A stretch of 63,474 nt of DNA, filler included, from Saprolegnia diclina VS20 (lineage: Eukaryota): the NCBI RefSeq assembly GCF_000281045.1. It is 8 parts of 3 records of this genome, joined end to end, with 100 filler letters (N's around TTAATTAATTAA, not from the genome) between each part and the next. Parts side by side here need not be neighbours in the genome. Positions count along the whole stretch, not along the records: positions 7,570 to 26,644 come from NW_008246084.1; 7 more parts are not named here. One strand, given 5' to 3'. The notes beneath the pieces are model-generated. The model had not been told where the DNA came from, did not search any database, and saw nothing but the letters and a program-made list of their open reading frames with translations. The position numbers and the translations under genes were made by a program. Positions 12,490 through 25,134 of this stretch are shown here, one piece after another; positions within the stretch are counted from its first letter, which is position 1; each line of letters opens with the position of its first letter.

Positions 12490-14343
12490 GTCATAGTATG
12501 TACAATGCGAGCGACGACCGAGAGAGGAGCAGCGCGCCGGCTTGCACGCTCACGATGCGCACGTGGAATGACTCGTCGGCGTGGCGGCCGCTCCACTGCC
12601 ATTGGCCACCGAGTAGCAGCACGTCCGATGCACAGAAGAGCCCGATATCCCACTGCATAACGTGTCCGTCGACGGCGACCGTATGTCTGGCAACCGTCGT
12701 GTCGTGCTTGGGATCGAGTGCCACCTGGACAGCGCCGGTCGTTGCGACGGTCAGTGTGACGTTCTATGCCGGCAACATGACCAATGATGGGAGTATGTCA
12801 TGATGACAGACCTTGGCAAGCACATGCGTCACGCGGTGGACCACGTCGGCCAAGATGAACTCCAAGTCGGTGCTGGCGGCCGCGTACACAACAAACTGCA
12901 GCGCGTGCTGGCGAGGCAGAGGTGTCATCGTAGCTGGTGGTGCAAGGCTCAAAAAGTGCAGCATGCACCAGCTCTGCAGCGGACGGTAGACGTCGTAGAG
13001 CTCGTCCGCGGCTTCGACCGGGCGCTGGGAAAAGACGAGAAGCGCACCAAAGCTCAGTGCACTCGGGTGGTCCTACATCTCGGTGCATTTTCCATCAAAT
13101 GTCGCACGTTTACTTCGTATGTGTCCACGAGCAAATGCAGCGCCGCATCGACGACCGGCGCCAAAGGCAGTGGCGCACTGGCCGCAGGCTTTTGGAGCAC
13201 ATCGATCACGTGCTTGATGGCTTCTCGCTAGTTCAGCATTCATATTCCTCGATACCACTGTACAAAGCGGAGAAACAGATGCGTACTTGGCCAAGCGGGT
13301 CCATGCGCCGCCACGCAAGCAGCGTTGGTGTCGGGCGGCGTGTTGTGAGAAGACACAAGTCAGTGTGCGCGGGCAGCGCTCCGATAAACTAGACCATAAG
13401 TCAGTGCCACGTCCAACCAACTTTGATATATTCTGCCAGCGTACCGTCGTCAGCGCCGTTATATAACGTGTTGCATCGTGCGCGCACGTGGCTGTCGCAT
13501 CGAGGACCACAGCTACGTGCGCCACGAGGCGGCGGCTACTGCTATCGCGGTGCGGTGATACCTGCACCACGAATGTGTCAACGTCCGAAGTGTCGTCGAC
13601 GGGCGCATTCTGCAGCGTAAGCTCGAGATGCGGGTGGTCGTAGAGCTGCAGTGGGTGCAGCGACACGTAGCGCAGTATCGGGTCAAACCCGAGTAGCACC
13701 AAGTCGCGTCCGTGCCCGCTCAAGTCCAGCTGCACATTGCGCATGCTGCCGTCGTTGAGACGCCAGTAGGCGCCGAGCTGGGCCAAGTTCGGGTGGTCGG
13801 GCGACACTTCGCGGTGGCGCCATCTAGCATCCTCCATAGTATTCCCTTTGCGAAAGAATCGAAATCGTACTGCTGCAGGACGTCGAGGGCGAGCGTCGTG
13901 GTTGACCAGAGCCGCACTTCACCAAGCACCATCGGCGATCGCGCTCGCGGCAGAGACCACGCGAGACGAATGCGGCCATCCCGCAGAACAGCGTCACTTA
14001 TGCCCTCTCGGAGCGTCGTGGGCGTGAGCGGCTGGACGACGCCATTGCAGAACAAGGCAGGTCCAGACGCCGCCGCATCAAAGGTCGAGACCCAATGCTG
14101 CACAACGTTCTCGGTTGCGCACGGCGCTATTGTCGCCCACGTGCGCTCGCTGCAGAGGAGCACGGCATGGCCCGTCGGAAGGACGCCAAGACCGCTGGTA
14201 GCGTGGTGGAAGAGCCAGACGAGGCTCAACGGGGCGAGCGGCGGCCGCACGATGCACTCGAACGTGTACGCACCGGGCGCCACCGCTTGGGTCGAGACGA
14301 GCGACGCGTTCGGCGGTATCTCGAGCGCGCACGCCAGCTCCAT
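12490..14343 (-). CDS. Hypothetical protein with concanavalin A-like/LamG-like beta-sandwich domain
   Basis: 'YTFECIVRP...HWVSTFD...LFCNG...LGEVRLWS' followed by 'LGAYWRLNDGS..VQLDLSGHGRDL', a LamG_3-like pattern. Confidence 0.5.
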
Positions 14344-14679
14344 GGACAGGCGTTTCGCATAAGATACGCCTCACTCTGAACAGACGTGTATAACAGATGT
14401 TAGAATCTACTCTCGAGTCAAGCAGAGCTATGGACGATCTGCTCTCGAGACTAACTCGGAGCAACGGTAATAGCTGCGTCGTGATAACGCTGAACCACCT
14501 GCGTTCGGCGCACGCAGCGCGTCAACATCTTGCAAGAAGTAGCCCACCACTACGCTGTCCTCTCGTTGGTTGCGTCCGCCGGTTCAAGTCCCGTCACAGT
14601 CTTGATTTCCAGGATATTTCAACGCCCGGGCATCAATGCCACTCTGCATGAACGCTCGAGCCAAAGAGCCATGGCAGTA

Positions 14680-16220
14680 CTAGTGCGGCGCGGCGAGCAC
14701 GAGTCGCTTGTAGTACTCGACGTCCCGCGACTCGAGCAGCGGGTGTTCGCGCATAAACTTCTTGCGCATTTGCTCGCGCGCGTCGGTCTCTTGGACCGCT
14801 ATGTACGCTTCGCCGAGGCGGACGGCCGCGACCTTCTTCATGTCGCGCGGCTTGGGCAGCGTGCCATCTTGGATCAGGTTTTTGAGGTCGTCGAGGGCCG
14901 ATGGCAGCTCTTTCTTGGCCCACGCTTTGCCATCTTTGGTGTCGAGCCACAGCTGCGCGCGCCCGACCGCTTCTTTGCCTGCCTCGTCAAGTAGCTTCGC
15001 TTCGAGCGCATTGCGCGTGCTCTCGGCAGCTTCGTGGCAGGAGCGCCAGAACCCGTCCGCCCTAGCATCTGCGTATGCGACGGTCATTGGCGCGGGTTCG
15101 AGTACCGAGTGGCGCACACGCGCGCAATGTCGAGCGCGTGGACGACCTCGTCGTTGCGCTTGGTCTTGCGCTCGGCTTCTTGGTGCAGCCGAATCTTCTT
15201 GCCATATTGGATCTTGAGCCGAATGTTGCATTCGCGGTAGACGTGGCGAAGCAAGTCGTACACCTCGGAGGCTTGCATCGACGGCTTGCGCTCGAGCATG
15301 CGCTTGGCGACATCCAGCGGCTACCAGCAAGGCTCTGTGGATATCTAGTTTCGTAGATATCCACCTTTTCGTGCTTGTAGTTGTCGGTGATGACGGCAAA
15401 GACGGCTGCGTCCGTCTCCTTGACGAGGTACCGGACGATGGGCAAGCTCGAGACGCGCGCGCTCCAGTGCAGCGCGTTGTCGCCGTGCGCGTCTTGGTGC
15501 TCGAGCGTCGCGCCGTACAAGACGAGGAGCTTGATGATCTTGAGCTTGTCGTTGAGGTGGCCCTATCGACGCACCGTCATCGACGAAATGCGACGAAAAT
15601 ATGGTGGCACCTGGCACGACCGGCAGGCTTCCAACAGCGGCGTGCAGCGGCTGTACGCCGAGTCGATGCAGTTGACAAAGAGCCGCAGCGCCTCGAGGCC
15701 TTTCGTCGCTTGCACAAACATAGTCACGTACATGACAATGTTGACGTGGCCGTGCCAGCACGCATAATGGAGGATCGTACGCCCGCCGTCGGCTTCATGG
15801 TGCCGAAACACGTCCCGTTTCTCGACTTCGAGAAGGCGCCGGAGCTCCGAGACGTTGCCGGTGGACGCGGCGTCCCAGATTGTGGCGCAGGGCGGCGGTG
15901 CGGGCAAGCTGGGCTTGGGTACCGTCTTGCGCCGTGTGCCTTTCGGCGTCGGCTCGCGCTCCTTCCAGAAGGCTTGGCTCGCTTCCATGCGCGCCAGTGC
16001 CTTCTTGAGCCATGGCGCGTGCCGAGGCTGCACCTCGGTGATCGACGCAAAGACCGCCGGCGACAGCTTCTTGGGCAAGGACGTTGCCAACTGGAGCGCG
16101 TGGTCAGCCGACGAGAGCTGCCGGTGCAAGTGCAACGCGCGGATCTCCTTGGATGTCACTGCGTTGTTGCCATCGGCGTCGGCGAGCTGCAGGAACGACA
16201 GCGTCCGCGTCGAGTCCATC
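14680..16220 (-). CDS. Ankyrin-repeat protein with coiled-coil C-terminus, multi-exon
   Basis: IWDAASTGNVSELRRLL; GGRTILHYACWHGHVNIV; TPLLEACRS; GDNALHWSARVSSLPIVRYLV. Confidence 0.8.
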
Positions 16221-16558
16221 GGCCGCGTCCTTTCGCGAACACAGGATCTGATCTCATATGGGATGCCACGTGTTAACGCCCAATGCACAAATAGGTTAAA
16301 GACTGGGTTAAAAGACCAAGAACTGCGTTAAATGTCGTGCTGGCGGCGATGCGTCGCCATGACGCGATACGAAAGCGCCTTGAGCCTTGTCGATCGAAGC
16401 GTGGGGTGATAGGAATGCACAGAGCTGCAGTAGATCGTCACGACGACAGCCAAAATGCGTGCAACCTGGACGGAGGGTAAACAGGTTTAACGTTTAACCT
16501 GGTTGAGCTGCAACCGGATGCTTTGCCAACCGCATTGCGTTTGGCTTGCGGTCGATCG

Positions 16559-18306
16559 ATGTCGGACGCCGAGGTAGACACGGCCTTCAATGCAGCTGTC
16601 CTGCGCATGACGCAGGCCGAAGCCTCCAAGCGCCATGAGGCCGTCGTGCACCAGCATGCGATGGCGCTCTACGGGCTGCTACAGCAAGCCACGAAAGGCG
16701 ACAACGACACCGACCGCCCACGTACATGCCGATGACGCGGTAGCCTGACGACCTCACGTATCACGGCGTAGGCTGTCCCATCAACAACACGGGCAAAGCG
16801 AAATGGTACGACGCTGGCTTCATGTCCGCACAAGCTCATGGCTTCTGCTAGGGATGCGTGGACGGCGCGCGCGGGCATGGCGTCCGAGGCGGCCAAGCAA
16901 GAGTACACGCGCCTCGTCGCGTCCATCCTACCGCCGGCCGACAGCAGCGCGCAGGTGCATTCTCAAGCTCCCGTCGATATCATGCTTGACGCCACGTGCA
17001 GGAAACGACGTCGCGCGGGCTGCAGTTGAAGCGCTGGACGCCGTTGCCGGCGCAGGCGCAGCAAACGATCTTCCTGCACCTGCTCATGTACGTTGGCGCG
17101 GCCATGTTTGCGACCCATTTCGTCGTCGTGCTCGCGCAGCACATCAATGCGACCTGCGCCGTCGGTGACAGCGTGCTCTGCGCCGCGTGGCATCGATCCT
17201 ACTGGCTGCGACTCGGCGGTAGCTGGACGGGCGTCGGTCTTGCTTTTGGCACGCTCCTCCAGACCCACGTATGCTAGCAGTCGATGTCGCAGAGGAGGTC
17301 CTACTGTCGTCGTGTATGCTAGGTAGTCCAGCTCCTCTCGGTCTTGTACGTCACGGTGCCACGCGTCGCTGGCCGTCGTCCAGCCACCCCCGTCGAGACG
17401 TGCCCACACCTCGCCATGGTCAAAAAATTCAATCTCTCGATGGGCAAGGTGGGCACCGCCACCGAAGAGCACCCTGTGATGACGTTTGTGCCGGAAGCGG
17501 CGTCGACCCCGTTCCCGCCGTACGACTCGCCGATCGAACATCCCTTTGAGAAGGTGGTGGCGTCTCTTCCATGCCGCTGGCGCCTCACGCAGGCAAGTAG
17601 GCTGCGGACATGCACTTCCGCCGCTTCAAGGAGCCCTTCCCAGGTATATATTGAGCTAGTTGTTGGCTACTAGATTGGTTTTGTGGATAGATCCGTTCGA
17701 GCCGGCGCTTGTGGGCATTGACGTCACGGTCGACTTTGAGTTCACCAAGTGGAACTGCGTGTACAAGCAGCGCAAACTCAAGCTCAAGTACGTCCTACTG
17801 TCTAGCTCAAATCTCGGGAAACGCCAACGCTGTCTAGGAACACGGCGCCAGGCTTCATCAAGCGCTTTGCTGGCGACGAGTTCATCTTCTTCGTCGAAGA
17901 GTCGCTCTGGGACAAGGCCAACAATGTAGTTTACTGCGGCTTGGACGATCCTACAGTATACGCTCATGCTAATTGCGACAGGTGCTCTACGTGCGAGGCT
18001 TCAATGAGAGCTTTGCCGACCTCGCGCTCGTCCGCAGCTTTGCCGTCTACGCCACGCACCCCGAGAACGACGCCTGGTACCCCGAGATAGCCTTTGGGAT
18101 GCAGCGATGGCAGCGAGTCTCGTAGGTCCTCGGTCATGCAGACGGGCTCGGTGCAAATGAGCAACAAGTTTGGCTTCCTCCGCTCGACCGTCGAGGGCTT
18201 TGTCAAGGAGAGCTACGCCAAGACGAGCACGAAAGCGCTCGCGTACCTCAAGGTCCGCCTCGTCGAAGAGCGTGCCGAGGCCGAGGTAGCGACGGTCATG
18301 CCGTAG
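16559..18306 (+). CDS. Acyl-CoA-binding (ACBP) domain, TM segments and PRELI/MSF1-like lipid-transfer domain
   Basis: ACBP: 'AFNAAV...ALYGLLQQATKGD...DAWTARAGMASEAAKQEYTRLV'. Hydrophobic segments. PRELI-like: 'IEHPFEKV...APGFIKRFAGDEFIFFVEESLWD...NESF...YATHPENDAW...VEGFVKESYAK'. The ACBP-to-TM-to-PRELI junctions checked are in-frame GT-AG introns. Confidence 0.75.
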
Positions 18307-18362
18307 ACAACTAGATACGTCTCTTGCACGCTACAGGACATGTATTCCTCGTTCACCTAACC

Positions 18363-18848
18363 CTACAAACGCGAGCGGGCACGCGGCAGTGGCGCGACGG
18401 CGGCCGACTGCCGTCGCTCGAGCTTGTGCTGGAGCGCGCTCCACTCGTGCGAGACATTGCACACAAGGTACACGAGGATCTGGCCCATCGTGCTCAAGCT
18501 CGTTGTGAGCAGCAGCCCGTCGAGAACGAGCGTTGTCACGGCAGTCGCCGGGCGCAGCGTGTGGAAGAAGACCATGGCCACGCACGCCAGCACGACATGG
18601 AGTGCGGCGAATGCTGGCTGGCGCACGACCATGGGGTTGACCCATGTCAAGGCAAAGAAAGGCGGGAAGCGGTGCGAGCGCACGGCGGGTGGCGACAGCG
18701 CCGACGGTGGCAGGCGGGCGCGGCAGATCGGGCACGAGGGCTGGCGCCGCCGGACCCACTCGGCAATGCACGCGTAGCAGTAGGCGTGGCCGCACGGCGA
18801 CGTCCACGCGGCTGTACCAGGCTCGAGGCAGATCGGGCACGTGAGCAT
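18363..18848 (-). CDS. C3HC4 RING-finger protein with C-terminal transmembrane segments
   Basis: CPICLEP...PCGHAYCYACI..W....SCPICR followed by two hydrophobic helices. Confidence 0.85.
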   Translation of the reverse strand: MLTCPICLEPGTAAWTSPCGHAYCYACIAEWVRRRQPSCPICRARLPPSALSPPAVRSHRFPPFFALTWVNPMVVRQPAFAALHVVLACVAMVFFHTLRPATAVTTLVLDGLLLTTSLSTMGQILVYLVCNVSHEWSALQHKLERRQSAAVAPLPRARSRL

Positions 18849-19759
18849 TGGGCTGAGGTCGAAAAACCACCTTTGGGCCGTTGACACGAGCGTTTTGGAG
18901 TCGAGATAACCGACCGTGCAGCAAGAGCACTCGCCGACGGCGACGCCAAGGACGATAGCGCCACAGTCATACGCAGCGGCAACGCCAGCAGTCCTCAATC
19001 ACAGCGGGCTTGGACGGTCGGGTCCCATGGTCCGCGCGATCTTTGGCTTGTGACAGCGATAATATCCGGATAGTATCCGGTGCAGAAAGGCCATGTACGG
19101 GGCAATGTACGCTTCCAGCAAATATCCGATGATGGACGTCGACCTCTTGCAGAAGTCAACAGCAGCGGGCTGTCGGGAGGTTGACGCCGTCGGCTACCGC
19201 CGGCGCCATGTCGGTCGGCAAGTAAGCAGTCCATGCACGCTGCGTGTACAGCATTGTGATACGTCGTCTCAACCTCAAGAGCGGTAGCACCTCATGACGC
19301 TGGACTGGTCATGGGCCAGCGTGCGAAGCCCGACGAGGCTGATGAGAGAGAATAGCAAGGATGGGTGATGGTGACCGAATGGCCCCAGCGTTGAGCCTCT
19401 TACAATGGGCAGAGCCAGAGATCTCTATGTGCCAGACAGTGAGCCCACTACTAGAATCTGTCCTTGAAGACTCAGAGAGACGCCGTTCAGCTTGTATCAA
19501 GCAGCAGCAGCCTACGCACCAGCAAGGCAGGACCAAGGGCATAGGACATGGCGCTGGCATGGCCGAGTCCTTAGGCATCGAGTAGCGAGCTGGGCAACGA
19601 TCCGACGTCAGCCGGATAACGGCTCGTACAGGTCGTACATTGCGTACGGTACGGTCCGATGCGTCATGGGACGGACGAACAAAGTGTTCAGAGCTGCCGA
19701 CTGCGGGTACGTGGGCCGCGGGCCGGCGATCGAAGCCTCATGGCCGACGCTAGAGAACC

Positions 19760-20631
<872 letters not shown>

Positions 20632-20683
20632 GTCGATGGCGTGTCTTGCCGCAGCGGATGGCACCTCGGGCGGTACTATTTCA

Positions 20684-20713
20684 TATTACTTTTACTACTA
20701 CTACTACTACTAC
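20684..20713 (+). repeat. (TAC)n microsatellite between convergent genes
   Basis: tactactactactactactac run. Confidence 0.8.
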
Positions 20714-20737
20714 GACAACAAACACGGTCCGATCACT

Positions 20738-22663
20738 TCAGTCGCTGTCTTCAAACTCCGAGTACGTCGACTCGACGCTGCCCTGTCGCTGCACCGCGCG
20801 TCGATCATCGCTTCCGTCGACAGGCGTCACAAAGTCGTCATCGTCGTCGTCCGAGCGGCTGCGGGCGTCGAGGAGGTCGTGTATGTCAGTAGTGCTCGTG
20901 TCCAAGAGCGCCAAGTCGTTCGTGTTGAAGATGTCGGTCGAGTCGCTGAGGCTCAAGACCGGCGTGTCTTCGCCGTCCGACGAGCTGGCATCATCCTCGT
21001 CGGCGTCCAGCGTCGACCAGGACGCGCTCGAGACCGCTTTGTCTGCACCCGTCATCGCAGCGCGCAGGGCATTGCGCCACGCGTCAAACGTCGCGTCACC
21101 GTCCGCGGCCAAGACCATTTGCCGGCCGGATGACAGCGTCACCTCGGCGCTCCAGGACGCGTCATCACCGACGTGCACAACGTCCCCTTGGATCACGTCG
21201 CCCGTCAGCTGGTCCGAGCTATACACGCCAAGCTGATGGCCTTCGAGAACTGCAAACATGCGAGTCCACGCCACGCCGTCGAGCAAGAGCACATAGCCTT
21301 TGGTCGCCAATGTCGGTGGTGGCAACGGGTCGCGTAGCGCCGAGAGCCACAGCTCTTGATCGCGGGCCGAGTTGGCAGCGACGACAAGGACCCGTCCGGA
21401 GGCCAAGACAATGTCGATTGCAAAGGCGCGCGCTGTCCCAGGCGCCACGGACGTCACGACGCCGTCACCCAGCGGCGCAGCGTCGAGCGACTTGCGGTAC
21501 AGAATGGTGCGTCCGTGGAGGGTGAAGAAGCGCCGCTTCCACGACTTGACGCCGCTGCCTTCTTTTTGCAGCCAGCCGTGGTGGCTGCCGTCGAGATACT
21601 GCATGGGCACATCGGCAGCAATGTCTTCGAGCACCGCTTGCCACGCGTCGGCTTCGTTTTGGGTGTTCCCGGCCACAGCGAGCCGCCGGCCGCTCGCCAA
21701 GTGAATGTACAACGCAAAGGGCCGCTTGGTGTTGACGCATACATCGACGACCTTGCCATATCCCTTTGGCGGCTCGGTCTCGGCGTCGCTGTACGAGAGC
21801 TGGTTGCTCACGCCGTCAATGCTAAAGTAGCGCTTCCGCCACGCCTTGACCGTCCGGCCTTTCTTGAGCAGGATCCCGCAATGGCGCGGCTTGGGCAGCG
21901 TGCGCACGCAGCCAGTAAAGGCCGCGTGCCAGCGTGCGAGGGCGTCGTTGGTTTCCGCAGCAACCCTCAAGACGCGGTCGTTGGCGTCGAGCTGCAGCAG
22001 CATTCCGAGCGGCTTGTGCAGGTCGAGTATGACGCTAACGACGCGGCCTTCGCCCTTGGGGTTCTCGCCCTGCTTGGCAAAGTACGCAATGTGGTCGCCC
22101 GTCAAGACAAAGTACCGGCGCTTCCAGTTGCGCACGCGCTGGCCTTCCTTGTAGAGCCAGCCACGTTGAATGTTCGGTACCGACGTCGTCGACGACACCG
22201 ACGACCGCCGCTCGGACGTGAGAATCGCGCTGTCGGCGACCGAGAGCCGACGCTCGGTCTCTGTCAACGAACTTCGCAGCACGAGCGATCCGCGCGCGTC
22301 GGCGAGAGAGGCGCGAGACGACGCGATCGACGCCCGCACATCCAGGAGCGACGGTCGTGCCATGGAGCCACGCAGGTCGCACGCGGCCTGGAGCGCCGCC
22401 AAGCACGCGTCAAAGTCGACGGCGCTGAGCGTATACATCTTCATCTGTCGGCCCTTGACGTCGTGCAGCACGAGGCCGTGACGCATGCCAAAGTTCTGCG
22501 TCACGTCGCCAAGCACGAGGCTGCCTTTCTCGCGCGGGTCGGGCTCGTGCACGCTGCGGTCATAGTAGCTGACGTGGCGGCCCTGCACGACAAGGAACCG
22601 CTTCTTCCAGGACTTGATGAGCGAGCCCTGCTTGAAGACAAAGCCGCTCCAGTCGCCGACCAT
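20738..22663 (-). CDS. Tandem pleckstrin-homology (PH) domain protein, ~5 PH domains
   Basis: Repeated G(W/F/I)LxKxGxxxKxW(K/R)(K/R)R(F/Y)xxx motif (x4) plus a degenerate fifth domain, most with a terminal Trp-containing helix; 641-aa single ORF. Confidence 0.9.
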   Translation of the reverse strand: MVGDWSGFVFKQGSLIKSWKKRFLVVQGRHVSYYDRSVHEPDPREKGSLVLGDVTQNFGMRHGLVLHDVKGRQMKMYTLSAVDFDACLAALQAACDLRGSMARPSLLDVRASIASSRASLADARGSLVLRSSLTETERRLSVADSAILTSERRSSVSSTTSVPNIQRGWLYKEGQRVRNWKRRYFVLTGDHIAYFAKQGENPKGEGRVVSVILDLHKPLGMLLQLDANDRVLRVAAETNDALARWHAAFTGCVRTLPKPRHCGILLKKGRTVKAWRKRYFSIDGVSNQLSYSDAETEPPKGYGKVVDVCVNTKRPFALYIHLASGRRLAVAGNTQNEADAWQAVLEDIAADVPMQYLDGSHHGWLQKEGSGVKSWKRRFFTLHGRTILYRKSLDAAPLGDGVVTSVAPGTARAFAIDIVLASGRVLVVAANSARDQELWLSALRDPLPPPTLATKGYVLLLDGVAWTRMFAVLEGHQLGVYSSDQLTGDVIQGDVVHVGDDASWSAEVTLSSGRQMVLAADGDATFDAWRNALRAAMTGADKAVSSASWSTLDADEDDASSSDGEDTPVLSLSDSTDIFNTNDLALLDTSTTDIHDLLDARSRSDDDDDDFVTPVDGSDDRRAVQRQGSVESTYSEFEDSD

Positions 22664-23003
22664 CCTATTGCGCTCGTTCGTTGCGAGTCGGGTCGTTGGG
22701 TTGTGTCTCTGTGGCCGCCTGAATTTATTTTTTATTTTATTTTTTCATTTTTAGAAAGTGCAATTTCAAAAGCACTTGCCAAACGAACGGCAATCTCGCA
22801 GTGACAACCATGTGACACGACCCCCCACAAGCGCGAGTCGGTACCAGCCTACAAGCTCGCTCACCGAGCCCATCGGTGGTCCCGACCTCGATGTCGCACT
22901 ACAGCACAAGGAGGAAGAGACGAAGATGATGACATTTAACATCCTCGTCTTAGGACGTATGACGGGACCGCCGGCGCAAGAAGACAGCTGCGACGTCCTC
23001 GAG

Positions 23004-23938
23004 CTACTTGGTCAAGAGACGGTCTTTGGTGAGGAAGGCGCCAAAGCGCAGGGCGCCAAAGTAGTCTTCCGAGAGGAGGTAGAGGGGCAGCATGACACAT
23101 ATTTGGGCGATGAGCATGCCGACAATGTTTTCCCAGCAGCTACGACGGAAGACATAGCGTAGGCCAAGCATACATGTCGTCGTACCTATGGAACGAGTAC
23201 GCGGTGTGAAAGATGGCGTACACCGAGAGTCCGAGCACAAAGAGCAGCCAGAGCGAGAGCACGTGTCGCTTGAACACGCTCACGACGCGGTCGCGCTGCA
23301 GCACCTTCCACTCAAAGCACGACGTCGCGATAAAGTGCGTCATGTAGAGCACAATGTGGTCCGCGTGGTCAAAGCTGTCGATGCAGCGCTTGTTGCGGCG
23401 CAGCGGCGCGTACCAGCACGAAGTCGCGGGCGGGAAGAGCGCCTTCTCGACGAGGTTCAGGGCGCCATAGAGAACAATCGTGCGGTAGATCATGAGCGCA
23501 AAGTACAACCCCAAGCGGTTGTAGATGGCCGACATGTGGCGCGACGTGACGTTGGGCAGGAACATGGTCAAGCCAAAGTTGACGAGGGCTGCGACGAGCG
23601 GGAGGATCCATGCACCCTAGTGCAGGACGGCGCGTGCTGTATGGCCGACGATAGCGATGCATCGTACCTGCCCATGCGTGAGCTCGTGCAGCTCGGTCAT
23701 GCCGACGTAGCATGGCGCGGTGCTCGAGTCGTTGCAGCACACGGCCTTGCTATCAGGGTCGCGGACGTCGAGCCAGTTGGACGAGCATCTACATGCGCTT
23801 AGCCGAGGTGCATGGCGCTTCGCAGACGTACGGGCCAGACACGCGCGTGTACTTCCATGGGCTCATGACGCTGCAGTAGACAACGACGACGGCGACGACG
23901 ACGTTGGCCGCCACGAACGGGTCGCTCCACTGGGGCAT
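23004..23938 (-). CDS. Multi-pass membrane protein, FIT/Scs3- or PAP2-like
   Basis: Hydrophobic helices. 'C...FDHADHIVLY' and spliced 'TAYSFH|SCWENIVG' resemble the FIT motifs FDISGH and YFHT. Exon boundaries approximate. Confidence 0.55.
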
Positions 23939-24296
23939 GCTGCAAAATGCCACCGCAACCGATTATGGGCAACTCCCTCACATCTCGGGATTTTGACGTG
24001 GCACATGCCACATTACATGCACCTATTGGACTGAACGCTGAACGTTCGGTCGCCGAGCAACCGCTGCGAGCTTCCTTGTGTTCCGGCGCCCGTCAGCAAA
24101 CGTCTGCGGTATGCGCTAATGGACAGTCGACGGTCCTGCGCATACGTCGTGACGGCCCACCGCATGTGCAATGTGATGCTGCAATGTGGTGACGTGGCGT
24201 CCGGATGAAGCTCGACGAACATGCCGAAACTAAATCGACTGCCGAATTTAATTTCCCGCCCGTTGGATTGGCTTGGATCAGGCAGCTGACGTCAGC

Positions 24297-25058
24297 ATGT
24301 TTGGCATCCCAGCCGCCAAGGCCGAGGCAGGGCTGCGCGACGACCTCGCTGCGTCCTGCCGCCTCTTTGCCTCGCACGCGTGGGCCAACTTTCTGCTCCA
24401 TGGTCAATTCCTCTCGCTTCGGCTGCCGGCAGCGACCACATCGGCCGTCGCCTTCTTGATCAACCCGCCCGGGATGCTCCTCGCCGACGTCAAGGCGAGC
24501 GATCTCGTCCGCATCGACGTCTTGCGCTTGCCCGACGGCGAGTTGGACGTGCGCGGCCTGAAGAGCAGCGACCACGTACAGGCCATTGCGCTCCACGTGC
24601 ATTTGCATCTGACGCACGCCGCGTCGCCCGAGCTCCAGTGCTTCTTCCAAGCGCAGACGGTACCTTGCGCTGCCGTTGCAGCCATGAACAGCGGTCTCTT
24701 GCCCATCTGCCAAGCAAGCTGCTTTGCGCTCCAGGGCGGCGCCATTCGATGGACGGACGCCGACGCCATGCGCTGCCCGATCAGCACCGTGCACAGGGTT
24801 GTGCTGTCGCATGCGTTTGGGACGATCACCGCCGGGCGGGCCGTGGCCGAGGCCTTCCACTACATGTTCTACACAACCAACGCGTGTCAGATGCAAGTCG
24901 GCGCCGCCGCCGCGGGCCTCCGCCATCTCTCGTTTCCGCCAAGAGACATTGCCATTACGCACTTTGCCGTCACGATGGAGCGCTTCCAGCAGCAAGGGCT
25001 CGGCCACGACATGTTCGAGGCCCTGCGACGCAGCCTGCCACCAAGCTACAAGCACTAA
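24297..25058 (+). CDS. Class II aldolase/adducin-head domain protein
   Basis: 'LRDDLAASCRLF...SLRLP...FLINPPGMLLADVKASDLVRID...AAVAAMNSGLLPICQ'. Confidence 0.85.
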   Translation: MFGIPAAKAEAGLRDDLAASCRLFASHAWANFLLHGQFLSLRLPAATTSAVAFLINPPGMLLADVKASDLVRIDVLRLPDGELDVRGLKSSDHVQAIALHVHLHLTHAASPELQCFFQAQTVPCAAVAAMNSGLLPICQASCFALQGGAIRWTDADAMRCPISTVHRVVLSHAFGTITAGRAVAEAFHYMFYTTNACQMQVGAAAAGLRHLSFPPRDIAITHFAVTMERFQQQGLGHDMFEALRRSLPPSYKH

Positions 25059-25134
25059 ATTAACGTGCTTATTGAGACGAGCCCATGTAGGTGGCAGGTC
25101 GCTCGGTCCGAGGATGGGATCCGGCATGACGCCA

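Noticed and set aside
21356..22804. Long antisense ORFs (also 31938..33245, 47261..48340, 51856..52827)
   Set aside because: Expected shadows of high-GC3 codon usage on the opposite strand; no motifs.
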